Source of the DNA: Phoronis australis
Taxonomy: Eukaryota > Animalia > Phoronida
Direction: 5' to 3'
Assembly (NCBI GenBank): GCA_002633005.1
Contig: NMRA01000033.1
Location: 622,233-686,232 of the forward strand
Length of the DNA stretch: 64,000 bases
How positions within the stretch are numbered: the stretch's first letter is position 1; every line of letters begins with the position of its first letter. Below, piece after piece: positions 38,033 to 52,700 of this stretch. Both the position numbers and the translations under genes were made by a program. Under the pieces are notes generated by a model that saw only the letters and a list, made by a program, of their open reading frames with translations, was not told the origin of the DNA and searched no databases.

Positions 38033-39207
38033 AAGCCTTTTGCGAGTTTATAACAATAACGCGAGATTATGTGAGACTTAACTGTGACGTCACGGGAAGT
38101 GGGGCAAAAGGTTGTCGTTTGGTCACTTGCCCAATACCGTAGCAGAGTGTATTGTTATTGTCTTGGAGTATTTAGCCGTTTAGTTCGAAAAATGTCCAAA
38201 AAGCATTGCTGTTATGGCAAATGAACTTCAGATTCGCACTACAATACTTTCTATCGCGTTCTGTACTAATTTCGTCCTGTGTATGTTACTGAACGGGCGG
38301 TAGGCGAAATCCGCTCACTGATCAAGTTTTCACCTCGTCAAAAATACATTCTACACATAAAATTACCACCTAAAAGGCTCTTACTTTCTTCAGTGACTCT
38401 TTCTGCTTCTAAACATATCTTCGATGAAGCATAACTTCGGGAATTCAGGTGACTTTGGCGAAGAATTCTAACTCCACTTTGTGGTTACTGTTAACTTTGT
38501 CCGCGCGCGCGATAACCACAATAAAATATTTCAACTGAGTCAGGTGAGTATGAGGCAAACGCTAGCGCGAGACTGAGCGAAGCGCGAGATCTGGCGCGTG
38601 ACCCGGCGCGTGACACTTCATTGCAAAATAGCATGAGAAAATATCAAGTGAAATTTGTAAGATTTGTGTCCCTTGGACTTTTTGTTCGTCAACAGGCGTG
38701 ATTTCACGTAACTTCCTCAAAATGGCGGCTAGTGAGAGAAACTCGAGAGAACCGCGAGGTTTTCATGAATATGCTCAAGTTATTTGTAGACTAAATTGTG
38801 TCCAGAGTCAGGGTATGTGTTAATTATAACTTCATGTGCACATATGCATGTTTCATTTGATTTTATTTGCTGTATTTTGAAGTGAATATCTTTTTATGGG
38901 GATACACTATCGCCCCTGTATGCCTGCGCCATTCAGGCTTAGAGCGGGTTAAGTTCCAATTTCAGTCCGTTCACAGCTTCGCACAACATAACAAGTTCAC
39001 ATTTTCTTCGTCCATTCACAGTTATTCCACGACCCATCTACCATATCTTAAGTTGTTTTAACGTTTTAAGCGTAAAATTCACCATAAGAACTCCAGTAAG
39101 TTTTAGCGTGTGTAGCAAAGACTCGGGGCAAAACAAAAGCAATATGGCGGGTTTTGCCCCCTTTCCGGTGACGTCACAGTGACTAACGAGAAACTCGCAA
39201 GTGAGCT
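38033..39207 (+). mobile_element. Internally deleted TIR element with a dead THAP-like start (Harbinger/ISL2EU-like)
   Basis: Nested inverted blocks TTGCGAGTTT 38040/39191, ACTGTGACGTCAC 38081/39168 and GGGGCAAAA 38101/39152; ATG at 38192 reads MSKKHCCYGK*TSDSHY. Confidence 0.65.
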
Positions 39208-39498
39208 ATTGCAGTGTTATTTTGTGATAACTGCTGCTTTGTAATAACTTCACCGATCCTGTAATCACCAGGCAAGAACTTCCATGTTGGTGGAACACCA
39301 AAGCTAAAGGGAGGAGCTCAAGTCAACATAACTCAGTGGGAACAAGTCTTTTAACACCAGCCAACACAAGACAAAAATGCCACAAACTGGTGACAACTAA
39401 ACAAGGCTAAAAAAGGCTAGCAAGGAAAATGAAAACGTCAGCAGCGTTACGAAAACGCCCAATTGGCAGGTAACTTTGAATTTGAGGTAACTTACTAG

Positions 39499-39980
39499 CA
39501 GGTCTTTATGCAGGGTATGTCCTGGGCGTCCAAATGGACTAGCACTAATCTGGACGCCCTGGCAAGGACGCCCACTGTATCATTTGGACGCCCACTGCCA
39601 ATAGGAACCTTTCAAGTTTGGAATCACACTTTGTAATGAACACTAGGAAGCATCTGGAGGCTCACAGTGGGGGCTCTTTTTTCAAAGCAGGAAGAAATTT
39701 CAATGTATATACAAAGTATATGCATTGTTGATATTTTGACACTTGATTGACAGCACTTTAAAAGTCTTGGTCTACAGTTTTTTAGTAAAAATGCTCACCA
39801 CAGAAGGCTGTTTTATAAACTTAGATGTAAAAACCTTGATTTATGCATTTTTTGTAAAAAAATCTGTGTTTTTGGGGGTATTGCTGGGGTGGGGGGTTAC
39901 GCATCGCAATCATGGACGCCCTGGAATATTGGGAACCCCATTTTGGTCACCCTATTTTCAAAATCCTGGATAAAGGTCTG
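39499..39980. mobile_element. hAT MITE, 482 bp, with perfect 8-bp TSD
   Basis: CAG...CTG imperfect TIRs; CTTACTAG at 39491-39498 and 39981-39988; repeated subterminal GGACGCCC motifs. Confidence 0.88.
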
Positions 39981-41159
39981 CTTACTAGACACCTTGGATT
40001 AAAATGTTTTCATTATCCATTGTACATACGTCTTGTACAAACGCAGTTATGGTTTGAAAGACATCGACAGAGCGTGAAAAGGCGCAAAACCGACAGTTGC
40101 TGCACTCTGCGTAGCAATGGATTAGGACAATGTAAGAGCAGGCGTCGCTCGCCAACTTGTTTCTCAATTTCAGCTCGCAAAATGCTAGGTGGTACTCGCC
40201 AAATCGGACCCTGGCCAGTAATGTGAATGATTACTAGGAACACCTTTGCTGCTACTTTTACCAAGAGTTTGCTCAGGTAACAATGCCTCTATCACTGAAG
40301 GAATATCAACTGTTTATGATCTTTTCAAACTTGCACGACACTAGCCATGTTGAATACACACTAGAGTCACCCCCCTTTCCACATAAATTCCAAAAGACTT
40401 TCTTGTCATCATCTTCCTCAAGCCTGAGTTAACCCATTGTTATAACACTTAAGAAGAGGTCAAGTGTTTTTTCGTGACCCATTAAACAACACTTTTGTGG
40501 GTCGCAAATGTGAAAAAATGTCACCGTGAGTTTTACCTGTGTGAACCTTGACACAACCCCCCCTCATCAACCCCTAAAATAAGACTCCAAAATCAAGACT
40601 AGAGGGGCAGTCACAACTACAACCACCAGACAAACAGTTTATGGACAATGTATTTTCCTTATCACAGAAATCTGGGATTTGTCATAATTATTTACAATTT
40701 CAATAAAGTTTCAATAGAGTACAATATGTACACATGGCAGACATGCACTTTCATTGAAAACCATCAATGTGAATGAAAATGAACAAATTTGGATGAGCAT
40801 TTGGTGAGTGAAGAGATTATATGCTGAAGACATGGCCTAAGTTTGTACACTTGTGAAAACATTCAATAACTATGGATGATCCTGATTGATCCCTTATGGA
40901 ATGGTGTGTTTAGTGTAGCAACAATAACAAAGAGCCAAATGTCATGTACTTTATGTCAACACTCAGCAGGGGAACCATGTGTCATGGCAGGAGTTCGTGA
41001 CCTTGAGGTCAAAACACATGACAGTTGGGGTTGATTTCCAAATGAACAGCATGGCAGGAATGCATGTCCCATGACACAAACTTATAAACAGCAAAACCAG
41101 ATAAATTGAGAGGTGAAGATAACTTATATCACGTAACTGACATGTTCATCATACCATGG

Positions 41160-41260
41160 TCTCTCTCTCTCTCTCTTTCTCTATCCACCAAACTCCCTAG
41201 GCCCTCTCTTTCTCTATCCATCCCACTCCCTAGGCCCTCCCTCCTTCACCCCTCATTTCC
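41160..41260. repeat. (CT)n and pyrimidine-rich low-complexity tract with a short tandem duplication
   Basis: TCTCTCTC run followed by two copies of TTTCTCTATCCA..ACTCCCTAGGCCCTC. Confidence 0.8.
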
Positions 41261-44200
41261 TTTAACTTCCCCACAATATTTAAAGCTAAAAGGCATCAAA
41301 TTCAACAAAATCTCCGTTAACACAGCGTGGAAGAAAAAATATCAAACTGCGCTGCCATCGCCACAATAAAATCAGAAGCCTTGTAAAAAACCTTGAATAA
41401 AAAGATGTCATGGATATTACGAAATAACAAATTTTGAAAACTAACAAATGAATTTTGCTTCAAGCGATGCTGGCATGTGAAATCACATATTCGAAAACAA
41501 TACATGAATTTTGCTTTAAGTGCTTGGAGTCAACAACATTTGGGTGGAAACTTCCTGCATTCCAATGCAAAGCAGCTGACAGTGTGGTGAACACATAGAG
41601 GATATATTGAATGAAAGAAATGACCAGAACAAGTGAACCATTCCATTGCTAAACATGATAAAATCAACACGGAAAAAGATGAACATTCTAAATCCAGAGT
41701 AACACTGAGTGACGTTTCAGAACAGATGATCCCCGACTTATGACCGGGTAACGTAAAAATGTATACCAAATCAAATCCTGAAGAGAGAATAAACCTCTGT
41801 AAGCCGTTGAACAGAACACATAATACGATGATGGTGCTTTCTGGTCACTCAAAGCCCAGGAAATCTCATCAAATATTTGGCATAATCTACACGAGTATGA
41901 AAGACACAGGATGGCAAAAAGTTATACTTTTGCAATCACCTTAGCATAAAATGGATCACATGAAGGCCAGGTCTAATGTTTTAACGATCTGGCCAATATG
42001 GCCCAATCTCGACTTGGCACATCATAAGTCTCAGAGGTCTTGTATTCAATAGAAACACAGCGTTCCTGTATCCACATCTGATTACCGGTATCTCAGACCC
42101 AACATAATTCGAACTCAAGAAACCTTTACTGAACAGAGATTTAGAAAAGGGAGTTAACTTACTGAAAGACTTACCAATTTAATTTTGCACTTTTTTGACA
42201 GAGAGACAAAACACATCCCATCCGTAAACAAATCAAAATCAACTGTGACATCACCAATGACTGCCTCAATTCCACTGACCCCAGAAGTGTGGCACTTCCT
42301 AGTCCAATACTGCACTATACAGAATGTGAACATATCACTCCATGCTGTTGTTAAAAAACAATAAGACAAACATTTATTTAACCCCAGGTCAATTTTCCTG
42401 TCATTTACAACTGACCTCGTTTTGTCGGTATGATTCATAATCAAATGGTCACATATCTCTCTACTATTTTCTAAAGTCTACAAACTGCGATTTGCTTCAT
42501 TTAACTTGATTTTTCCTCCTCCAATTTTAGAAAATTCTACTTGGTGATTTAATCAACATACTATCAACTTAAAATGTTTTATGTGTGGGCTGAGAACTTG
42601 GCACACATGAAACTAGTGAACATACCTGTAATTATGTAAAGCCAAGACAGATGCAATTTTTAATTTAATAACACGGTTAAGCACGTATCAACTAATGTAG
42701 TTTAGAGATGAAATTGAAAATGCAACAAAAACTCAAGATCTCAAGAAAATTAAATTTTACGATCACAATATGATGTCCAAGTGAAAATGTAACCTTCAAA
42801 CATTTTACATAAAGGATTAGCGTCAAATAAATGCTTTATCATTTTCAGGTTCTCTGCTGGTCATCAGATGAGATTTTGAAAAATTATGGGCACTTAGGAC
42901 AGTGTTAGAAAATCTGTAAAAACAACTGTACAAAAAAGATTAATTTAGGCAATTATTTCCAACGAAATTGGAGACTTTACTTTCACAGTTGAAGAAAATA
43001 TCAAACGACCTTGATGAACCTCAGAATGATTCATCAAAGTTGCAAGTGATTAATAATGGCCATACAAGAGGGACAAAAGCCTCTTAACTGTGCTCTGCCT
43101 GCCACTGAAATTTGCCTTATATTCAATGTAGTTCTGTAGACATCATTCTTTCTAGTCTGCAGAAGTTAATAAGCCCTAAGACACAAAAAAGTGGGTTACG
43201 GTACTATGAAACATGCGGATTAAGCACAAGTTCATGTTTCAGACGTTAAGTGGAAAAGCAGACAAACCATGCTGTGATAGCCACAATAAATGTCTGACCA
43301 TTTCATTTTTCTTGAAGTATTCGTTGGCAAATCTCCAGATAAATGATCACTCTACTTTCCAATCAACCTTTCATGATTTCTTCATTTGCCAGAAATCGTT
43401 CAGCACTCAGGCAGCCATTCTTGCTTCTTCGAAACTATATTGATTCGCTACGGTAACTCTGAAGATAAGAGCGAAAAAAGACACAGGGTCTCTCTGTAAG
43501 CGTCCGCAGAAAGTACAAGAAATATCTGCAAAGAGTATCCCCTCTCCACAAGATAATAGAGTTCCCCACGTTTCTCTGAAATATGTTATAGCGCATCTGT
43601 TTAATACGGGTTTGTGGAACTTCAAAAATAGCGTTGGGGCTTATACACGACTGAGCTTGCATCAGACAGTTGAGCACAAGCCCATCGGCCTCAACAAACA
43701 TTAGTTCATAGGCTCTCAATCTAAAACAAGAATCAAGGTAACGTTACGTAGACCAAGTTTCTCGCGCGAAAAGTGACATGACGCAAGACCACACAATATC
43801 ACACGAGTGAAAGGCGAGTGTTTCACAAGTACGCTTGAGACCTCGCGACCATAACCTAACAATGTGGCGGCTAGGGCCGACTGAAACGTTTAAGTGTTTG
43901 ACGTTTGAAAAGTGAATTATGAGATAGAATTTAAAAATTATGGAACAGAATTCATTGTTTCTCCATATCATAAGAGAAGACTTTTTGTCCTAAGCACATG
44001 TCCAATGTATTACGTATAGGACCTCGGCCCAGGCTTCACGTGGTATGTACTAGCACGCCTCGCTACAGGATGTGAGCCAGAGAAGAGTACATTTAATTTG
44101 AAAAGTAGGCAAAGTACAGGAATACACCATAACAGGAAGATGTTACACAAGAATGAACAAATAGTTGAGGTTAGTCTTGTACCCAGGCGAATAAGGTAAT

Positions 44201-47200
44201 CTCTAAACTGGTAATTTGATAAATCAATTAAGGAGACCTCAGTGAATTTGCGAGCTGCCCCAATTTGCTGCACATGAGCGGAACTCGTAACTCGGAACTC
44301 CTGTATTAATGCATCACAACAAAAAGCTATCAACACTTTGAACATAAAGTTACAGTGAACTCCACCTCATTTGTGACCTAAACTGATTAGGCACTCAACC
44401 ACACAACCACAAAATGTTGGTTTTAGGTTTGATGTGTCATAACATACACATAGTTGGCATTATGGCCAGTGTCTGCATTTACCCAATATTGATTGACTTG
44501 TTGGCACAAACTAGCTCAGCATAAATGGACAAATGCCATGTGAAGGAATTTCAAAATCAACCACAAGCACATTGAGGTGTGGTGGTTTTGGAACTCTCCT
44601 TGAACAGCAATATTACAGTATGGTCTAACATGTACAGGATGGTTGTTGAGGCCTAGCACTGCCAGTGAATATATTGATAGTCAACCCAAATAGATGATAT
44701 GGAAGAGAAAGAAACTGTTCTCAAGATTGCCATAATGTGAAGCTAAATTTTAGTCATTTTCAGTGAAGCTTCTGCTTCAAAACACATAATGTACTGTTAT
44801 TAGAAATCAGTGAAAAATGAAGGTATTGATTTCTGGCAGAGTGAAGTCCACTGGTGACGATGAGAATGCAGATCTCTCTGAACCAAAGTTGGAGAGAAAA
44901 TTCATACTGAAATGATCACACGTCAAGGCTCCTCCAGAGCTGTTGTCATGGTAAATATACTGCTAATTACACTTACACAATCTACATAAACACTCAGAAG
45001 TATTAAAGACAGGTGATTCAACTAAAATTGCAAAAAGACCATCGGTGTAAAATAAGAAGGTATGAAAATTTCATGACATTTGAACAACCTTATGATATTG
45101 ACAAAAAACACTCAGGTCTACCAAAGCGCGAAACAGGAGGTGGGCAAATCACTAAGAAAATGTGGAATTCAATGTTTACAGAACCATGCCAAGAAAGTAA
45201 ATTGTTCAGAGTTATAACCATACAAACCAAATTTGTAGTAAAAAACTGTGGAGAAAAAGAGACCGTCTTTGATAACGTTAAATTCTCTGGGATATTTTGT
45301 GAAAGTGTTAACAACAGCCCAGAAACTCGACACGCGTGGTCAAGTCAGATGCATTTTAATGTAAACGGAAACATACAACACACAGAAAAAAACGTATTCT
45401 TATTTGCAACAAAGAAATCTTTTTCGTTTCATAGATATGCGCTATAATAATATGGTCCTGAGCAAACCAGTTCACTTGTTGGAACTTGAGGCATTTTTTG
45501 ATGAATGAATACACTAAAACTCGAATGGACATTGCGCGCCTTACATTTACACACTGGTATGACTCATGTGTACCTGTCTTTAATAAGTGACAATAAAATG
45601 CATTGAAGCATCGTGGGATAATGCCTGCTGTTCTCCACTAGAGAACAAGAAGTGCACACGACTGATGGGGAATTGTGGGATACATCGGCCACGTTCATAG
45701 CTCGGCACAGTTCAAAAGCAACAAAGTCAAAACTATGACAAACAGAAGATGGACTCGGATATTCTATGGGGGCACAGCAATAGTGACAAAGCATCAAGAT
45801 CGCCTCATGGATATGTATTCTGTACCCGTCCTAAAGCATAGGGTGCCATACATGAACAAGAATCGTCAACTTTTGCACTCTCCCAAAAGCTGACGATCAA
45901 GTTCCCCACAAGGCCAAACAACAAGATTCCAAACGAAACTACTGACATCAGCAGTTCCACATTACATTGTTGTCAACTTTCAACTAAAAAATCTAAAACT
46001 CCACGTTCTGAGAGTTCACAGAATAGCAAAGCTCACGAATCTCTTGTGCAAGTCAAACCTAAAACCTCAAGAGCTCACAGGAGCTCTTATTCACCAGCAC
46101 CTACAATTACCACGGTAACACATCTTCACCAATAAATTTTGCAACAGATCACCCTTGATGGCAGCCCAGCAATGACGGGCATCAGGTGAACACAGAGCAC
46201 CACACTCACACCACATTCAGATGTGGGAGTTAAATGAGAAGATAGGGCACCTTATAAGGAGGCAGATCAGCTGCTTCAAACAAGCCAGTGGACACCACGA
46301 TGACAGAAAATACAAACTCAACTGAAATAACTGCTACGAGTGTTCACATCAGTCATCTTACAAAATATTAATGTGCAAAATTCTCATAGCCAATCGGACA
46401 CGCTTAACGTGGGTGAACAGTCTAACAACAAATTACTAGTAATTTCAGATATAGAAAGATGGACAGGTGGGGTGCGGGGTGGCTAGGAGCAAAATCCCCT
46501 GAATGGGTAGCAAGCAGAGGCCCAATGTAGTCCCACTTTTCAAAAAGTTGAACAGAGGTCAGTGACCCCATGCTGATAAACTTATGGCCAGGTCATCTAA
46601 ACATTAACATATTCAATGGCAGTGCAGATTATCAAAGCATCAATCACCGCGTAAAAACAGGGAAGGTCTTACATTTGCAATGATTCTGTTTTTACAAAAC
46701 TCGTCAAAATCTTAACCCTACATGAGGAGAAAATTCCCACATTCTCTGTACCCCTCCCAAATAAAAATGGAATCTGACAACTACGCTTATTGCTTGAATG
46801 CCTAACAGAAAGTTTTGCTCTCATATCCACCAACAAATTAGGTTCCCAGTGGTATACTATCAAACAAAATGCCAATGGAAAATCAATGGAACTACCTAAT
46901 CTGTTGATTGATTGTTTTTCTGTGAGGATATAATGAGGACAGTTCTGTGAACTCAATGTAAATAAATGTGACATACAGATGCAAGCGTCTGAATCATTTA
47001 CTTAGGTAGGAGACTATTTTGTAGGACAGATGAGTTTTAAGAGCATTTGAAGTGCATTGTGGGAAATTTGTCAGCTCGCAAACATCTGGACCAGATGATG
47101 TCACAAATAACTTGTTGATGTGTAAAGATTACGACAGGAAAAAGATTAGTAAAACAAAAATCCCAAAAGTAAAAGAAGTGAAAGTCAGGTTCAAAATGCA

Positions 47201-49189
47201 TCGATCAAGCTGTAGTCAAATCTCACGACCTCAAATACAAATCATAAAACAAATAAAGGATTTGTTCACAATTATCGGCAGTTTCATGAGCACACGAATC
47301 ATGTGTATCCTTTGAAAGAGTAAAAAAGGCGATATTTTTATGAGGTCTATGGTCTTACGTATTTGCTTAACTGCAAGTGTGCTTCAAACTTGAACCCCAA
47401 AGCTGGTTTGTATAGTGATGTGGTATAAAAAGAAAGCCCCATTTTCAACCATACATTTTTGCAACAAAAATAAGCATGCCCCCGCAATAAAAAGCAAAAT
47501 TTAGCAAAAGAGAAAGGAACATTCAAAGCAAAACAATGGTATCAATAACAAGACCAAATTTCATTTGCAATAAAGGTACACAGATGCTGTTACAGTTTTC
47601 CAAATTCTTATTTTGTTTTCGTTTTACGTAATTTTTTGCTTAAAAATCATAAGTCTTATTTTTTGATATCCCTCATACAAGAGCAGAACATTTTAAAAAC
47701 AATTGCTAGAACGATTTGAGAGCAGTGCACAATGCATGGGACCTGTGAAAGTTTCATATGATCGATCAGCCACTTCTGAGACATGATGTTCCAAAGTTAG
47801 CTACACGTGGATATTTTTCTAGGGACCAACATAGCCTCAAGAATCAAGGACGGCATTCACCCAAACAAGAGACTGGGTCTATGTTCTAGAAGTCGCGTAA
47901 CCTGAGGCAGTCAAAGGTAGCTGATATGGGTGTGTACCTGGATGAATAATTACAAAAATCATCAGGAGGAGTTATAATATAACCATTCTTTGAAACATAC
48001 TATTAACAGAGCTGCAGAGAACAACAAACTTTCACAATACAAAGCATGACTTGTTCTTTTTATCAAAATGTATGGCCACCTCTCAGTCAACTGGCACAGC
48101 TGCGGTTAGATTATTGGCTACTTATTCCCAGAAGTCAGTGATGCCTGAGAAGGTAATCTGACCACAGGATAAACAGAGGTGTTGGTGAAAACAGAAGGCT
48201 ACTGTTAAATCAAAAAGTGAACTGGAGAATTAAAAAGGATGTTTACTATATTAAGCATGACTCCTTTGTGAGGATAGCCTTGGTAAAAACAGGGCCTTTT
48301 ACAAAAACAATCCAATCCTTACACACTTCTTTTCCAATATCCCCCCCCCCCCGACACAACATCAATTTGCTACATAGCTACTCAATTATTCATATAAGAA
48401 AATACAGAGTTCAAGGGAAGCTGCACTAGAATCGACAATTAATCACAAGTCTTGATTAACCAATTACAGTGGGCGAGGGTTGCTATCTCACACTTTTCCC
48501 AATTTGTCAAAATTCAGATCAATGCAACTATCTCAGCAGACAGAAAAATTAGCGCAACACCAATGAAAGATATTGTCATTGTACTCGTCCAGGCTGACAC
48601 CCTCGTCCATCTTGCCCCCCTCCCCCCGAAAATTCCAAAAGCAGTCGCTTTTAAACATCCATGCTTCGATTAGCACCCTTCCCCATAAGTATCAGTGTCT
48701 TTGTGATTGCCTAACTTAACCCAGAGAGTACAGTGTACACCACAATTAGCAATACACTCATAGTCCTCATCACATCTTGTATTTAGCCAAAGAGATTCTT
48801 TCCTCATATGGAAAAAGGTTGTACTTCCAGACCTGAAACTCAGAACCAAATAGCAAGGCCAACACGGTCAACTGCTGGGCGCGTTGAATAGCTAGCAAAT
48901 TTCTTGCAAGAAAAGCGAGATCACGCAAGACCAAGTCAAAATCGAGTTTCCTGAGAAAGCTTGAGAGTTTACCAGCGGATTCTAGTAAAATGGAATGTTG
49001 AATCACAGGAAAAAGTGTAAGTTAAACACATTTTCCAATCCATAAGCCTACTTTTCTCACCGAAGTTTCTAGAGAGTGTCGTGCGTTTACAGAACACACC
49101 CAAGAGAGTGAAATCTCCGTACAAGCCAATAACCGAGACAACAAAATGGTAATCCAAGGAGCCAGCACATCCCCAGTTGGCCTTCATTT

Positions 49190-49550
49190 AGAGGGTGTCC
49201 TAATGGACATCCTGACTCAAAATTAGACACCCTAGCTGTGATACCCTGTTCAGCGTTCAGCAGTTGGCACCCAGGTAAAGTAAGCAAACAAGCACAGGTG
49301 TCTCTTTTAACTTGCAAGCAGCAGCTCCAAGAGCTCATTGGCCTGTCCAGAATAAAAAGTTGGTATAGAAATGATGTAAGACAGAAAAACTTTATTGCAG
49401 AACCATGTCTCCACAGTAACATATCACACCATAACAGCAATTTGACGTGGAGTCGTAAGACCACATTTACGCGTTATTGGTCATGTCGACCTGAAAACTT
49501 AGGAATCCCATTTTGGACATCCTTGTTTTGAAATCCTGGATAAAACTCTG
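49190..49550. mobile_element. Diverged third copy of the hAT MITE family
   Basis: GGGTGTCCTAATGGACA near 49193 and CCCATTTTGGACATCC..TTTTGAAATCCTGGATAAAACTCTG at the right end match the 39499-39980 family. Confidence 0.55.
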
Positions 49551-49696
49551 ATCCCACTAGCACTAACCATTCCTATGGGAGAAATCCCAGGACTTTAAGG
49601 AAGCCAAGTTCCCAGGCTTGTCATGATCAATACAGGCGATTTTAGGTACTACACTTATAGCTGGCAGTCATTGACTTCTGAATTACCTTCCAATGC

Positions 49697-49714
49697 ACAC
49701 ACACACACACACAC
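49697..49714. repeat. (CA)n microsatellite
   Basis: About nine CA units. Confidence 0.9.
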
Positions 49715-52700
49715 AAGAGATCATGTCTACTCTATCTGCATATAGGCTGGTATTGATTTCACAAGGCCAACATAAACAGCATCCATTCAGCAAAGCTAGA
49801 ATAATTGCTCTAGCCTTCAGTGCACAAGAAAGAGAATAACATTCATCCAAACCATAGATAACTCCCTCTCATTCTTTTTTCCTTCCTCCCATCATCAATT
49901 TTTATTGCCATGACTTGTCAACTATGGTGCTTTCCTCAAACGAGATATAACAAGGTGACAATGCGAGTTTCTAAAGGGCTTAAGAAACAATCAGGCGATT
50001 TTCAATAATTTTTTAGTGACTGGTACATGATCAAATATCATACTAATCCTCCGTCTTACTTGTGATTGGTGGTTCACAACTATGTATTTACCAGGGATGG
50101 TCACTTACATGGGTCCCTGATTTTTGAAAACCAGTTCGGTGCATGTCATTCAATGGAGGAAACTGGTTGTTAAAATGCTGCAGACCCCTGTGACTATTAC
50201 CCATTTAACTACATAAAGCTCAACCCAATCAACTCTTAAGTGTAGCATTCAAAGGACTAATCTGCTTAATTCTTATTTTATGCCATTGTTTACATTTGCT
50301 AGACTGTTGACATAACCAACACCTTAGAAGCATGTAAATGGCATGGGGCCTGAACTAAGAGGGAATCAATTACACAACTTGCAAACTCACTGAAGCCATG
50401 GGATGACAGAATATCCACTGAAAACACAAAAATTTGACAAATTTCTGATATGTATGATACGTACATTAAAAGCACTAGTACGTGTATTACTTCATGAAAA
50501 TCAATGAGGCGCTGGTTTCACTGGAAGATAACACCAGCAATTGAGAAATTTAAATTACGATGACCGTTACCTTTTATCTACCATTGAATAAATAAGTAGG
50601 TCACAAAAAGTGTCTTGTGTGCTCCCACAAAATGACCTATATAAATTTGAAATATTGTCAGACCATCGTCTTTGGATGATGCACAATCATATATTTGGTT
50701 ATCCTATTGTAGAACATTGAAACTTTAAGAAACACATTATTTGCAAGAACTACTAATTAAAAATAAATATAGTGTATACACAAACACAACCTTGATACAT
50801 CTGAGGCCAATACCCATAGTTACAGTAATTGTACAGTCTATTAGTCCAGTTATTATAAAAGTGTTGGCTGTGAGCCGGCTGTATACTTTGAATGGTGAAG
50901 AGCTTGCTTTTAGGTGACTGGAAAATTGCTAACCGTTTCTATTACCAGCTTTTTACAAGCATACCCGGCTGGTTCAGGTTTGAGTCCTGACCCAGTTATT
51001 GACTTCACCTGGCAACAGTTACAATTGGCAGAAGGTGATATACGCAGTTTGCCCTCAGATGAGGAAGAGACTCATAGTGACTGTGCCATTCATTGGGAGA
51101 ACTTTTAATATTGGCAAATACTGCCTATTGATATGTAACTGCTCACTCTTCACACTCATCTGGCTGATCCAAGACCAAGTCCCGGCTCAGGGATCGATTT
51201 AATTCAACTCTAACTGCATAGTACTTTCCAATAGAGGACACTATTCAAATTTCACCACATTGGTCTAATAGATAATCAAACTCTGTACCTTTAATTTGCG
51301 CTCCGAGACTAATGCCATTTAACTCGAAAGCTAATGATTTAGGTTGATGTCAAGTTTCACAAGCCTACCAGACTTATATTACTAGGATCACAGGAAATGA
51401 CATCACCAATAACACTTGATAACGTAAAGTCACAACAGGACCACTCAACGGCATCGTCTGTTTGTCAAAAACTGAGAAAGACAAACTGCTGCTGTAAAAT
51501 TCAGTCTGTGACCATGAGAGGCTGCGTCGTTCGTAAGGGTAATAATTGCTCTCCCATGAGACCTCAAGCTTTTTAGCGAATGGCAAATGTTGGCAATATC
51601 TAAAACTCACTTTTGCAAAAGCCTTGCTGAATGCTGGTCCAAATTCATGATTCAGCAATAGGAAACATTTACATAAAACTCTAAGCATTGCGAAAGCACA
51701 ACAGGAGCTTAACCTGGTGGTCAAGACAAGCAAAGCTACAGGAGACAAAATTTTTATTTCTTTCATATTCAGTAACGTTGGACTTTTTTACTTGAATCAC
51801 ATGAACATCCTACGATTCAACATTGACTTTGATGGTATGGTGATAACAAAATATCATACAGTTTAAAATTCCCAGTATGTAGGCAAAATACTTGTTGATT
51901 GTGCAGGACTCGGCATTATCTTTTTTGACTAGATATCCTTTGAGACAACTGTACTTCAATTATTCAACTTATCCTAATCCAAAAATGAGTTTGTCCAAAA
52001 ATTTGAAGGAATAAATAATTTGTAGTTTAAACAAAGTCTATTTGATGCTGCAGTTACATTTTTTTCAGTTCATGTGAGGTCAACTCCGCTGACTTTCTCC
52101 GTATCGCATCTCAACAACCCTGAAATGAAGACACCTTTCCTTTTCAGTTCATATTCTTTTTCGTATTATTTTTCACCTTTGGAAGATGTGTCGTTGAAAC
52201 TGGAAGAAACGCTTTTGAAATACTTAGTTTTTGAACTCATTGTTGCTTTTCAACACAGTGCAGAGCAGACATGAGAACTGAAAAAATTGCCGTAAGATGT
52301 CAACGTCATAACAGGAGACTAGAACTTCAAACATTTACAGCAATTATTATAAGGAGTAACAAATTATGCAATTCTGTTAACAAAGTAAATTTGAAAATTT
52401 TTGTGCTTTTCGCGACTGTTTTGAAATGATCGCCCAGAGGCCACTGTAGCCAAATGCAAAAACAGTAAAGTCGGATTCCCGGGCAGATTACAAGCGAACC
52501 ACTTAGTCTCAGAAGACATTTGACAACTATGTTGCAAGTTTACAGCAAGTGCTTTGTGTGAGCAACCGTTTCAAGACAGGATTGACCTAATTTCACAACT
52601 ATGAAAGATTTAAGGATACCCATTCGCATCTAATTTTTGGTTGTCTCAGGTAGTCATTACTGTCAAGTCCTGGTGAGCTAGTACTAACCAAAGGAAAATT

